Shown here piece after piece: positions 44,611 to 55,611 of a DNA stretch of 64,000 bases (positions within the stretch are counted from its first letter, which is position 1; each line of letters starts with the position of its first letter). The notes beneath the pieces are model-generated. The model searched no databases and was not told where the DNA came from. It saw only the letters and a program-made list of their open reading frames with translations. Origin of the DNA: Escherichia coli (GTDB lineage: Bacteria; Pseudomonadota; Gammaproteobacteria; Enterobacterales; Enterobacteriaceae). The position numbers and the translations under genes were made by a program. The stretch lies in NCBI RefSeq assembly GCF_044324875.1, contig NZ_CP172185.1; one strand, 5' to 3'.

Positions 44611-44859
44611 ATGAATGCACGAAAGGCGGTACTGGCAGATAATCCGGAATTGATCCTGCGTTTGCTACAACTGAAATTTGACGAGACACTGTCGTACCCG
44701 CGCATTTCTGCACAGACCGGTGTCAGCAAAACCGCTATTTTTTCTCTGGTGAGGCGATTTCATCAGGTATTCACTGACGGGCATCTTTCTGGTGAATATT
44801 CCTGCGTGCAACTGACCGGGCTCTTTTCCCGGGGCGATAATATTCAGCCCCGACAGTGA
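44611..44859 (+). CDS. Hypothetical small protein, possible HTH regulator
   Basis: ORF from MNARKAVLADNPELILRLLQLKFDETLSYPRISAQTGVSKTAIFSLVRRF… with HTH-like segment. Confidence 0.3.
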   Translation: MNARKAVLADNPELILRLLQLKFDETLSYPRISAQTGVSKTAIFSLVRRFHQVFTDGHLSGEYSCVQLTGLFSRGDNIQPRQ

Positions 44860-44879
44860 CTCAGCCTGTAAAAACAGAG

Positions 44880-45110
44880 AAAACCCGTCGGAACCGATTT
44901 TCACCAGAGTAAAAATGGAGACTTGTTCAGCAAACTCTTTTACCCGGAGCCTGTGTGGCCCAGATTGCACGAGAGTCTGGCATCAATGATAATGTTATTT
45001 TCAAATGGCTCAGACTCTGGCAAAACGAAGGGCGTGTTTCGCGGCGTCTTCCGGTAACAACCACTTCTGACGCAGGCGTTGAATTATTACCTATGGAGAT
45101 AACGCCGGAT
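44880..45110 (+). pseudogene. IS3-family transposase OrfA remnant
   Basis: KTRRNRFSPE followed out of frame by AQIARESGINDNVIFKWLRLWQNEG (HTH of IS3-family OrfA). Confidence 0.5.
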
Positions 45111-45663
45111 GAGCAGAAAGATCCGATGATTCCCCTACCGCCAGCTTTTCGCCTGCGCCGGTATACGTTTCTTTATCTTTGCCCTGCATCACCCACAGGC
45201 TGGCTCCGCCGATAATGGCGTTTTGTGGTGCATCTTTCGCGTCAGCGTCGTAAGGCATCATGCCTACGCCGTAGTTGAATTTGGCGTACTCGCGAATGTT
45301 GGCAAGAGAACCGGAAGAGGCGGTGGTCATCGCGCAATCACCTCTATAGAACTTCTCGGTGGATTCATCCTTACGCCCGACGTAGATGAAGTCGCCCTTC
45401 TTGTTCATCTCCTCGAGCATGACGATGTGTTTCACCTGCTCCGGCTTGTTGAACTCCAGCACCGCGTCCGTGGCGTCAAAACCGTTGTTTTTGCTGGCAA
45501 ACGGCAGACCGTTCCTGGCGCTAAAGTTTTCCAGTTGTATCCACCTCTTTGCCCATTTCCCCTTCCATAGAGTTCCAAAACGGAATGGTCGTCACTGCCT
45601 GTGCATTGCCCATTAACGCCAGTCCGAGCACCAGTGATGAAGCTGTATAATGTAACGGTTTCA
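45091..45663 (-). pseudogene. ugpB: sn-glycerol-3-phosphate-binding protein UgpB remnant (internal deletion, 3' truncation)
   Basis: [30 protein letters not shown] (N-terminus) then jump to [36 protein letters not shown]…[17 protein letters not shown], then divergence near 45100. Confidence 0.65.
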
Positions 45664-46419
45664 TCGTTTATCTCTCTTGCTTGTTGTACCTGATGTGCAA
45701 ATTCACTCGTTTTATGCTCGCGGGATTACATATCATGCCCGAATTGCAGAAAAATAACTTTTTATTACATGTGTAAGACAGTAAAACCTCAGAAAGATGA
45801 CAGTGTGGTGCCGGCGCGGGTGAGGAAAAATGGAAGATGGGGAATGTATAAGCGGGAAAATAGGAGGGCCTGTGGATTGTAGATAATGTGCTCATCGTTT
45901 TCATGCCGGATGAGACATAAACACTTTTATCTGAGCATTTCTATGTATTCGGACAGTTGTTCTTGGCATCCAATGGTGCAGGTTCTGTAGTGTGTGGTGG
46001 TAGCAATAGCCTCAGCTTCATTACAATATTTATTATCTCAAACATTCAAATGTCCTTGGCCCACTTTGATAGTCACTTTGTCGTGGTTATTATGTCTTTC
46101 CTTTTCCTAAAGCCCCATTATCTGTGCTGCAGCTTTCCCTCCATCAACGAACCAACAACCAGCAATGCCTGTCCCCCATAACAGCCCGGAAAATGGCACA
46201 TTCTCAGATGATTTATCCCGCGAGCTATCCCGCCTACAGCTAATCGACCTGTTTAATACATCTTGACAGTCTGCTGGCAAGGTTACCCTTCCCAATATTG
46301 TCCGTTTTTAACATATCTAATACGAGCCCCCATCAAATATGCTTCGTGTTCACTGTAAGTGACTAAAAGTGCTGTCTGCCCTGCCTCATGCAAAATATCA
46401 CGAACTTCACGGCTCAGTC

Positions 46420-46921
46420 CTACCCTTGTTTTTTATCCAAGCTGGAAAATGGTTCATCTAGCAACAGGATATCTGGATTTGGAACCAGTGACCTTGCAAG
46501 GGCAATACGTTGCTGCTGACCTCCTGAAAGTTCATGAGGATAGCTGTCTGAATAGTGGAATAAATCCACCATTTTCAACAGTTCTGTAACTCTGGTTCGC
46601 TGTACATCTCTCGGCAGTCTTCTCAGACCAAAGCCACGTTTTGTGAAACTGTAAGGTGGGGAAAGAGCGCATATTCCTGAAAGACTATACCGACATGACA
46701 TTTCTCCGGCGGAAAATGCATATCTGCGCTGGCCACACAATGCTGTGATACAAAAATTTCCCCTTGTTCAGGCGCTCAAAACCAGCTACAGCACGTAGTA
46801 CTGTTGTTTTTCCACAACCTGATGTACCAAGCAGACATGCCAGTTCACCTTTACAGACTGACATACCCCCCGCCCCGCAATACAGGATATGGGCTATTGG
46901 GATAAACAACATGGACATCAT
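46420..46921 (-). pseudogene. ABC transporter ATPase (Fe3+/thiamine-type), frameshifted
   Basis: Walker A GTSGCGKTT (46685..46921) and ABC signature [15 protein letters not shown] plus Walker [12 protein letters not shown] (46420..46740) in different frames. Confidence 0.6.
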
Positions 46922-46951
46922 TAATACATAAAGCTGTTTCTTCAGACATAA

Positions 46952-47552
46952 TCAATCCTCTGATTTCAGTCTTTCAGCTGGAACAAACAAAATAACCGGA
47001 AATGTCCCTGCAAGAACAATCATTAAAGCAGAGATGGCCCCTTCTTCAAAAGTTCCACGGGCTGCTTCAGCATAAAGAAGTGTTACTGGCAGTTCTTTCA
47101 TCGCATCAGTGAAAACCAGCAGGGCACTGCTCACCAGAGCAACACAGGAAAGTGAACCCGAACAAAAGTTCCTGTACCATTTTCTCCCAGCAGACGTGAG
47201 GCTTGTTCCAGTGACGCTGGTATACGTCCCAGCCGGACATCAAGTGCGCCGATGGCTATTGCCTGAAATCGCATCGTACAGCAAATCACCAACAGGACAC
47301 CGACAGACATTAAAGGTAACCCCCTGTAATCCAGTAGTTCCGCCAGCCAGCGGTCATTTAGGGAGTCAGAAAACCAATCGCCAGAATCGTGCCCGGAAAG
47401 GCATAACCCAGCGACGCCCCTCTCATCACACCGCGCCTGAACAGTGGCATAGCGTTGAGGAATTCCGGGCATTCCAGACTACGAGCAGACTGACAAAAAT
47501 TACGACAAAGCGTTGAAGGAAGCCAGCGCGCGGACTGACAGGACTTTACCAT
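46952..47552 (-). pseudogene. ABC transporter permease (binding-protein-dependent, AfuB/FbpB-like), fragmented
   Basis: Three consecutive short ORFs with permease features, including an EAA-loop-like RIPASLEQASRLLGENGTGTFVRVHFPVL. Confidence 0.5.
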
Positions 47553-47822
47553 AAAAACACAGGCTAACCGCGCCTGCGTTTTTAATGACGGATGAAACAG
47601 AATCAGGTGCCGATTATGCCGCCGTCGGCTTTTACGATAACGACAGTTGAGGAGCGCGGACGACCAGCCTTATCGCCGTCAGGCCAGCTTGATACTGCCG
47701 TCGGATGCTGCGGATCGCTAAGCTGCGTATTCCGCTCTATTCGATCACGGATTGGCATCGAAGTCCGATCAGCGATTCGCATCCATTCGATCAACCGGGA
47801 ACTTAACTTTTTCTACCGCTTT

Positions 47823-48578
47823 TTAACGCGTTTTTTCGCTGCTTTCCACTACCGGGGGATTTTTCCTCAGTGACTCTCCCTGAAGGACCACTCGGTGTGA
47901 GTTATGTACCAGTCTGTCCAGGATGGCATCTGCTGTTGTTGGGTTCTCCATCAGACCATGCCATTTATCTACCGGGAACTGGCTTACCACTATCGTGCTG
48001 CTTTGTCCGTAACGATCCTCTATGAGCTCCAGAAGGTCATTACACTGGGCGTTACTTAACTGTTCCAGCCCCAGATCGTCCAGGATTAGAACCTGTATTT
48101 TTTGCAACTGTTTCAGATATTTCAGCCAGCTGCCATCAACACGTCCCTGAGCCAGTTGTTCCAGTAATCGCCCGGTTCTACAGTACCGGACGCTGTGTTT
48201 CTGTCGACATGCCTGTTCGCCCAGCGCATTGGCTATCCAGCTCTTGCCACATCCTGTCGGACCGGTTATCAGCAGGTTTTTCCTGTGGGTTATGTAGTGG
48301 CCGTTCAGCAGTTCTCTCATCTGTTCAGCCCGCAGACCTCTTGAGGCCGGATAGCGCAGCCCTTCCGGTGTTGCCTGGTATTTCAGGCCGGCATTTTTTC
48401 TCAACCGTGCCACACGGCTGTTTTCCCTGCTCAGAAGCTCGTCATCAACCAGCAGCGTCAGCCTTTCCTCGAACGACAGTTCGTCGTAGGTCTGAGGCGT
48501 TTCCCGCTGCCGTATCAGGCTCCCGGCCATCGCCGGGAGTTTCAGTTGGGTCAGTTTGTTTAACAGGTTATCACTCAT
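47823..48578 (-). CDS. istB: IS21-family helper ATPase IstB
   Basis: MSDNLLNKLTQLKLPAMAGSL… with Walker A GPTGCGKS and Walker B VLILDDLG. Confidence 0.8.
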   Translation of the reverse strand: MSDNLLNKLTQLKLPAMAGSLIRQRETPQTYDELSFEERLTLLVDDELLSRENSRVARLRKNAGLKYQATPEGLRYPASRGLRAEQMRELLNGHYITHRKNLLITGPTGCGKSWIANALGEQACRQKHSVRYCRTGRLLEQLAQGRVDGSWLKYLKQLQKIQVLILDDLGLEQLSNAQCNDLLELIEDRYGQSSTIVVSQFPVDKWHGLMENPTTADAILDRLVHNSHRVVLQGESLRKNPPVVESSEKTR

Positions 48579-48594
48579 ACTGTTGTTCCTTCTG

Positions 48595-50160
48595 TCAGTG
48601 GTAGTAGCCCGGACCACGCAGGTTTTCATGCTCTGAAGCATATGCCGGATGTTGTTCGCCCTGGCGGGATAATGGAAGCTCCAGGTTCTCCCGATGGTGA
48701 CGCAGCAGATTGTCGATAAAGCGTCTGTCAGGGGCGTTATAGTGCAGGGCAACGTAACAGGCCTTTTCCAGCCGTTCCGGGCCGTATTTTTTCTGAAGTG
48801 CCAGCAGCCCCAGAACTGCACGATAAGCCAGTTCCGGATGGGGTTTTGCCTTCAGCATGGATTCAACCACCCGGCCTGTGGACGGGCCCGTACGTTTTCC
48901 CTGCTCGATCAGGCGTTCCGGTGTCCATGTCCCGTGCTGCCGGTGGCGCTCTGGCATGTGAAGCGGATTGGTTGTGTGTTTATATTCATGTGTGCTGCGC
49001 GGATGTTGCGCCACACACTGCCCCTTGTGCCAGAGCTGTACCACCGACTGCCCCGCCTTCAGTGACAGACGCTGACCGACCAGTTCGTGTGGAACGGAGT
49101 ACCAGTGACGGGCATATTCAACGTGGTAGTCAGGGCCAACCTTCACAGCTTTGTATTCCGTGTATTCATAAGGTGCCAGAGGCAGCGGAGAGAGTGCTGG
49201 CGCATCCAGTATGCGGAAGCGTTCTGCACGGGTTTGATTGCCGTACCCCTTCATTGGCCGGTTATTCATGTCTGTCAGTAACTCCCTAAGGCGCGCATTC
49301 AGCGCCCTGAGCGTGTGGAAGGTTTCATTACGGATGCGGGCAAGAAGCCATCGTTCAACGATGAGGACGCCGTTTTCTGCTTTTGGTTTATCTTTAGGTT
49401 TGCGTGGTCGGGCCGGGATGATAACCGTGCCATAGTGCTCAGCCAGTGCCTGATAACTGTCGTTGATGACAGGCTCATATCGATCGGCCTTTTTCACTGC
49501 GCTTCTGAGGTTATCGGGGATGAGCAGCTTCGGTACGCCGCCCAGGAAGGTCAGGCAACGGCTGTGGGCATTTAACCATGACATCATGTCCTGACCTTCG
49601 CACGCTTCAACGTAGGTATAGTTGGACGCCCCCATTACGGCCACGAAGATTGCCACGCGGCGTATCTCACCGGTGTCCGGATTAATAACAGGAACCGTAG
49701 GACCACAGAAGTCGATAAAAAGCTTTTCGCCGGCACGATGCTCCTGGCGCATGGAGAGACGTCGCGTTTTTTTCCACTCCCGGTAGCAACGGCAGAAGTG
49801 CGAGTATCCCATCGCTTTGTTACCCGCCTGTGCCTTGTATTCCATCCACAACAGTTGCCGCGTCACACCTGGTTTTCTCATTTCCGTATCGAAGTACAAC
49901 ATGTCAGGCATTACAAGCTCTGATGCAAAGGTGTCTTTGGGCGGAAAAATGAGTTTCTCCAGCGTGTCATGGGATATATCAGCAGGTAATGGCCATGACA
50001 GAGAAGAGGCTTTGAAGCGGGCAAGAACCTCAAAAACGGTTGAGGCGCTGATGTGTAACGTCAGTCCGATACAACGGTTAGTCAGCTTCTTGTCGAACTT
50101 GAGCTGAAGGATCTTAAAACAGGTTTCCATAGTGCTCCTGGATTTTCTCTTTCTGGACAT
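48595..50160 (-). CDS. istA: IS21-family transposase IstA
   Basis: About 510-520 aa with HTH N-terminus and DDE integrase core; start codon uncertain (ORF extends to 50241). Confidence 0.75.
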   Translation of the reverse strand: MSRKRKSRSTMETCFKILQLKFDKKLTNRCIGLTLHISASTVFEVLARFKASSLSWPLPADISHDTLEKLIFPPKDTFASELVMPDMLYFDTEMRKPGVTRQLLWMEYKAQAGNKAMGYSHFCRCYREWKKTRRLSMRQEHRAGEKLFIDFCGPTVPVINPDTGEIRRVAIFVAVMGASNYTYVEACEGQDMMSWLNAHSRCLTFLGGVPKLLIPDNLRSAVKKADRYEPVINDSYQALAEHYGTVIIPARPRKPKDKPKAENGVLIVERWLLARIRNETFHTLRALNARLRELLTDMNNRPMKGYGNQTRAERFRILDAPALSPLPLAPYEYTEYKAVKVGPDYHVEYARHWYSVPHELVGQRLSLKAGQSVVQLWHKGQCVAQHPRSTHEYKHTTNPLHMPERHRQHGTWTPERLIEQGKRTGPSTGRVVESMLKAKPHPELAYRAVLGLLALQKKYGPERLEKACYVALHYNAPDRRFIDNLLRHHRENLELPLSRQGEQHPAYASEHENLRGPGYYH

Positions 50161-50241
50161 TGACGTCTCCACTGGTTTAAACACGGCAATGGAGACTGTG
50201 GTGAAAAGAGTTAATTCCCGGAGTGACTGGCAGGATGCCAA

Positions 50242-52227
50242 TCAATGATCGGAAGCATGCCAAATCGTGATCGATTGTGATGCCAAACTGTGATCGGAGA
50301 TGGATGCCAAATCATGATCGATTCGAATGCCAAACTGCGATCGATTCAGATGCCATTTTGCACTAAGCCCTTCGCTTGGCTCGCCAGGGTGCTGGATGTT
50401 AATAAACAGCGTCCGGTTATCCGGAGTGAACGCGATGCCGGTGATTTCGCAGCCGCGCGGGCCGGTCAGGAAGCGGCGGAACTCATTGGTACCGGGAATC
50501 GTCGCCACCATCTGGTTGTTGCCCATGCCTTTGTAATCTTTAATATTTATGGTTGATGACGACACGTCGGTCTGGATCCATAGCACGCCGCGGTGATCGA
50601 AGCTCAGGCCATCGGCGCTGCCGAATTCCGCACCCTTCATGCTGCCTTTGGTTTCCGGTTTGTCTGTATCGGTGCGACCGCCCATCACAAGAATATCCCA
50701 GGCAAACTGCAGCGCGGTCGGGTCACCGTTATGCTCCAGCCAGTGAATGATGTGGCCGTAAACGTTTTTGGCGCGCGGGTTGGCCGCATCCACTGGCGCT
50801 TTTCCTTCCTTACCGCGATCGCTGTTGTTGGTGAGCGTGCAGTAAACGCTGCCGGCGTGATATGGATCGACCGCAATCCACTCCGGGCGGTCCATTTTAG
50901 TGGCCCCCACGGCGTCTGCCGCCAGACGGGTTTTAATCAACAGGTCGCCCTGGTTTTCAAACCCTTTACTGGCGTCGAGCCCATTTTGTCCGAACACCAG
51001 CGGTAGCCACTCGCCTTTGCCGTCGTCGTTAAATTTCGCCACGTACAGAGTGCCTTTTTCCAGCAGGTGCATGTTGGCTTTGCGATCCTGCGGGTTGAAT
51101 TTTCCTTCCGAGACAAATTTATATATGTATTCGAATTTCTGGTCATCGCCCATATAGACCACAACGCGGTTATCCGGGGCAATTGTCACCGCTGCGCCTT
51201 CGTGTTTGATGCGACCAAGCGCGGTGTGCTTGCGCGGCACTGAATGCGGATCGTATGGATCGATTTCCACCACCCAGCCGAAGCGGTTCGGCTCGTTCGG
51301 CGTGGCGTCGACGCTGAACCTTTTATCCACTTCGTTCCAGCGGTAAGAGTCGTCGCTCCCGCTGATACCGTAACGTTTTTCCAGCGGGTTCATCTCTGCT
51401 TTTTTTACGAAAATATCGGACCAGTTCTCTTCACACGTCAGATAGGTGCCCCACGGCGTAAATCCGTTGGCACAGTTCTGCATGGTGCCGAGAATGATTT
51501 CGCCTTTCGGATCGTCAACTGTTTGCATCAGTGGGTTATGCAGCGCCGGACCGGTGATTTTCATCGGCGTGTTAACGGTGATGCGGCGTGCGAACGATGA
51601 CGGGCGCACCACTTCCCAGCCCAGGGGCACTTTTTTTACTTCAATGACCGACACGCCCATCGCGTTCTGGCCTTTAAGAGCTTTATCGGCGCTCCAGTTG
51701 GCATCGCCATCTTTAAACAGTAGACCGTTATCGATGTATTCATGGTTTATGGCAAGCAGGCCGTGATCGGAGCTGTTCCCGCCCTGCGGCAGGCTAAACC
51801 ACGCCATGCCGTCGTGGTGCATCCCGGCCTGCGCCGCCTGTTCTTCCGTGGTGTTGCTACCGTCGGTTTTAAAAACCGGCAGATTTCCGGCAATCCCGGT
51901 GGCGTCGCCCCATTTGTAGAAGGGCTTCGCGATGTATCCTTCCGGCACGATAACGGTATCTTCCGTGGAAACCGGCAGGCTGGTGAAACCGAGCGTCGTC
52001 GCTTTGCCGAGGTTACCGCTTGCTTTGGAGACCACTTTCGCCAGCGCGTTTTCCTGTTTCAGCAGAAATGGGAACGCTGCCGCGGCACCGGCGACCGTGC
52101 CTGCCTGTAACAGACGGCGGCGTGACAAATAGACTTCCGCCACCTGCGAAAACGCGCGGTTATCGCTCGGGTTACTGATTTCTTCACTATGCTCACGTTT
52201 GAATAAAGTTTTTAACGGTCTGCCCAT
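50242..52227 (-). CDS. Tat-signal secreted PhoX-family (DUF839) phosphatase-like protein; C-terminus replaced by IS21-derived codons
   Basis: 661-aa ORF; twin-arginine motif SRRRLLQAGTVAGAAAA; beta-propeller-like repeats; last about 40 codons read through the IS21 terminal repeats. Confidence 0.45.
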   Translation of the reverse strand: MGRPLKTLFKREHSEEISNPSDNRAFSQVAEVYLSRRRLLQAGTVAGAAAAFPFLLKQENALAKVVSKASGNLGKATTLGFTSLPVSTEDTVIVPEGYIAKPFYKWGDATGIAGNLPVFKTDGSNTTEEQAAQAGMHHDGMAWFSLPQGGNSSDHGLLAINHEYIDNGLLFKDGDANWSADKALKGQNAMGVSVIEVKKVPLGWEVVRPSSFARRITVNTPMKITGPALHNPLMQTVDDPKGEIILGTMQNCANGFTPWGTYLTCEENWSDIFVKKAEMNPLEKRYGISGSDDSYRWNEVDKRFSVDATPNEPNRFGWVVEIDPYDPHSVPRKHTALGRIKHEGAAVTIAPDNRVVVYMGDDQKFEYIYKFVSEGKFNPQDRKANMHLLEKGTLYVAKFNDDGKGEWLPLVFGQNGLDASKGFENQGDLLIKTRLAADAVGATKMDRPEWIAVDPYHAGSVYCTLTNNSDRGKEGKAPVDAANPRAKNVYGHIIHWLEHNGDPTALQFAWDILVMGGRTDTDKPETKGSMKGAEFGSADGLSFDHRGVLWIQTDVSSSTINIKDYKGMGNNQMVATIPGTNEFRRFLTGPRGCEITGIAFTPDNRTLFINIQHPGEPSEGLSAKWHLNRSQFGIRIDHDLASISDHSLASQSITIWHASDH

Positions 52228-52649
52228 TGCGGTTTCCTTTCAAAAAATCGATTTCAAGGGGAATCATTTTTATGCACGTGAGTCTACGGAAAGATTGTTA
52301 CGGAAATATAACAATTGTCATAAAAAACCGGCGATAAAATCATCTATGGTCGGGACGCGGTTTCAGGTATGATGTGAGGCTAGAATTCTGAACGCTCTCT
52401 TTTGTTGAGCATATATGGACGTCCCAGATGAGGCAAGTACTGGTTCGATGCGGTTTGCGACCATATATCCGGCGTCGTTAGTAGGTTCAATGACCTGCGC
52501 CATGATGTTATCCGGGCCCTGTTTCCTAATCACTACACCGGTATTTGATTACCCAGGTCAACTTCAGACTGTTACAGGGGCGGTAGCCGTTATCTCATCA
52601 GTGAATGTAAACTCAGTTAAAAATATTTTCTATAACTTACTGTTTTTCT

Positions 52650-52859
52650 TTAATTCATCACAACGGCCTTCTGCATATTAAAATCAATACTATCGCTCAA
52701 AACACGCCAGATGATTCTTGTCAGCTTATTCGCCAGCGCACCAGTGGTTTTCAGGAACCCTCGACGGGCTTCCATCCTTTGCAGACAAATACTCAGACTG
52801 TCAGTGAGCTTTTTCACACAGCGCATTACAGACTGAAATGGCACACTGAATTTGGTCAC
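52650..52859 (-). pseudogene. IS110-family-like transposase C-terminal remnant
   Basis: …GALANKLTRIIWRVLSD…; similar to the remnant at 62031..62258. Confidence 0.35.
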
Positions 52860-52905
52860 CTGAACAGAGGTGATATGCTCACCTCAGAACAAGACTGGTG
52901 CCCTA

Positions 52906-53606
<701 letters not shown>

Positions 53607-53612
53607 CTAGCT

Positions 53613-53649
<37 letters not shown>

Positions 53650-53988
53650 TAATTACACTGTGGGTTGACGCCGGAAGAATCAGAGAACAGATACCGTTCT
53701 TACTGTAAAACGTGGCTAATATTAATTGAGCACTGCAGTGTTCAGAGCACAAAGAAGAAAAAAGATGTGTGCGAATGCCTGTAATGTGTTAAAAGAATGT
53801 TCCGCGTTTCCGGTACGCTTTTCGTAACTAACAATGCAGGGTGACGTAACGCTGGTTGTGCCGGAAACGCGTCCCTCCCCCTATCTTTCCTGTTTGGATT
53901 TGCCCCTATATTTCTGGATTATCCGACAAAACCGGCGTGAAGTATTACTCTCGTCGCCCAGCACCATAAGGATAACGCCCATAAAATC

Positions 53989-54354
53989 ATGAAACTTTTC
54001 TTCCAGATTGGATACAATCAGGCCGTATCCCGTATTACAGGCTTATCACGTGTGACAGTCAGTCTCTGGGTGTGTTCAGGAACATTCCCTGAAATGTCAA
54101 CCCGGCCTCCAGAGCGAGGACTTCTGGCCCCATGGAGGGAGTGGTTAAAAGAGCAACGAGAAAGTGGTAACTTCGGCGCGTGGCTGCAAGGATGGCAGCT
54201 GATGCTGCGGCTATATGTGAGGCAATCAGCAGTCGCTGGAATAATGGGGGTTGTCGAAAGTCATGTAAATCGACTAAAAATGCTGAAAGGCCAGATGTAT
54301 GGTCGAGCCGGATTTGAACTACTCAGGCAGAGGGTCATGAGTCCACTGGCATGA
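53989..54354 (+). CDS. AlpA-family (phage/island) transcriptional regulator-like protein
   Basis: Segment VSRITGLSRVTVSLWVCSGTFPE resembles the AlpA HTH; ORF is longer than typical AlpA and its start is uncertain. Confidence 0.4.
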   Translation: MKLFFQIGYNQAVSRITGLSRVTVSLWVCSGTFPEMSTRPPERGLLAPWREWLKEQRESGNFGAWLQGWQLMLRLYVRQSAVAGIMGVVESHVNRLKMLKGQMYGRAGFELLRQRVMSPLA

Positions 54355-54562
54355 AAATCTCCATCCAGGTTGCGTAAGAGCCACTTTTCATCCGTCGTCG
54401 ATATCTGGGATAGCCATAGTGAAATAAAAAGCTGTCTGAATTAAATTATTTTGCACATATATTTTAATCCTGCACTGAATTAAGAATGGGTAATCAGTGA
54501 CCGCTTGGACGGTCACTTTTAAGAGAAGGCATTAACAGAGAATGGTAAACAGGCTCAATATA

Positions 54563-55014
54563 TTATGTTGTTGGCACTACAGATGAATGATGGGATGATA
54601 TTTTCCAATCCTTTCCATCCCACTCATAAGCGAAACTATAGCGTGCTGAAACTTGTTTTTTATCTTCAAAAGTAAACGTGTAATTCCCTGTATCAAGAGC
54701 CATATTGCATCCAATGCGAATAGTTCTGAAGTTTATTTCTCCAACAGGTTTTTTTTTCAAAAAATGCTCAAAATAGTCAACTCTTTCTGCATCTGTAATC
54801 CTAATTTTTTTTGATACTGTGGGCAGTAAGATCGCATCACTTAAATAGTTATCAGCAACCTTCTTGGCATCACCTGTTTTTAATGATTCATTCCAGCGAT
54901 CGAATAACCTTTCAATGTCTTTACTATCTACCCGAATACACTTAACATTATCTACGTCACTTGCCCACGACGCTCCAGAAAACAGACACAGAATTAAAAT
55001 ATTTATTTTTTCAT
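54563..55014 (-). pseudogene. Secreted SnoaL-like/NTF2-fold (DUF4440-type) protein gene with ATG out of frame at an A6 tract
   Basis: Open frame SYEKINILILCLFSGASWASDVDNVK…ARYSFAYEWDGKDWKISSHHSSVVPTT has no in-frame ATG; the ATG at 55012-55014 is in another frame directly 5' of AAAAAA; A8 and A9 runs lie within the gene. Confidence 0.5.
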
Positions 55015-55245
55015 AACTCCTCCTGATCAGCCTGAAACTTTTTTAAAGTTTAATCATATTAATACAGTGCAACTATTTGATAGTAAAAACGATGTTCTCT
55101 ATTTTGTTAATAGATACTTCCTATTGTGTATATATTATGAGATTATTAAGAATAATACTCTCTGGGTCGTAGAGACAGGGTATAAGTCACAGGCTGGTGT
55201 GGTTCGGATGTTCTTGCCCCCTCAATATCAGACTGCTATTGTATC

Positions 55246-55611
55246 TTAAGTTAACGTTATCCGCTGACGTCGATATTCCCGTGGTGAGAGATAACCTAAC
55301 GCACTATGCGGATGGTTTTCATTGTAATGCTCGAACGCCTCTGCAAGGTTATGCAATGCCGTTATTACATTCGGTTTCGGTATGAACGCAATGTAGTCTT
55401 CCTTCATCGTTTTCACTAACCTTTCTGCCATTCTATTGCTCTGAGGGCTACTGACTGCCGTCGTGCAGGGCTCCAGATTCAACTCTCTGGCGAATTGCCG
55501 TGTTTCATGAGCCGTATAAGCCGAACCGTTATCCGTCCGCCACTGGATTGCTCGTTCCGGTCCTTTATCGCCAAAGCGTTTTTCTATCGCTCCTAACATC
55601 ACATCCTGCAC
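55246..55611 (-). pseudogene. IS3-family transposase OrfB C-terminal remnant
   Basis: Integrase-core C-terminus …[20 protein letters not shown]. Confidence 0.6.

Larger units (their letters stand above)
47700..50365 (-). mobile_element. IS21-family insertion sequence (istA-istB), apparently complete; ends approximate
   Basis: istA and istB in tandem; five to six tandem 22-24-bp repeats (GATGCCAAAyyrTGATCG-like) at 50231-50365 and reverse-complement copies at 47740-47800, as expected for IS21-family terminal multi-repeats. Confidence 0.7.

Noticed and set aside
45223-45616. Plus-strand ORFs overlapping the ugpB remnant
   Set aside because: Antisense to sequence that translates as UgpB on the minus strand.
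45091-45663. ugpB fragment as the native ugp locus
   Set aside because: Flanks are an IS3-like remnant and an Fe-type ABC transporter remnant, not livF and ugpA as at the native locus, and the window's core synteny is the thrS-katE region.
50231-50365. Tandem 22-24-bp repeats that could look like a short CRISPR array or VNTR
   Set aside because: Repeats are contiguous without spacers, lie at the end of an IS21-family element, and have reverse-complement counterparts at the other IS end; they are IS terminal multi-repeats.
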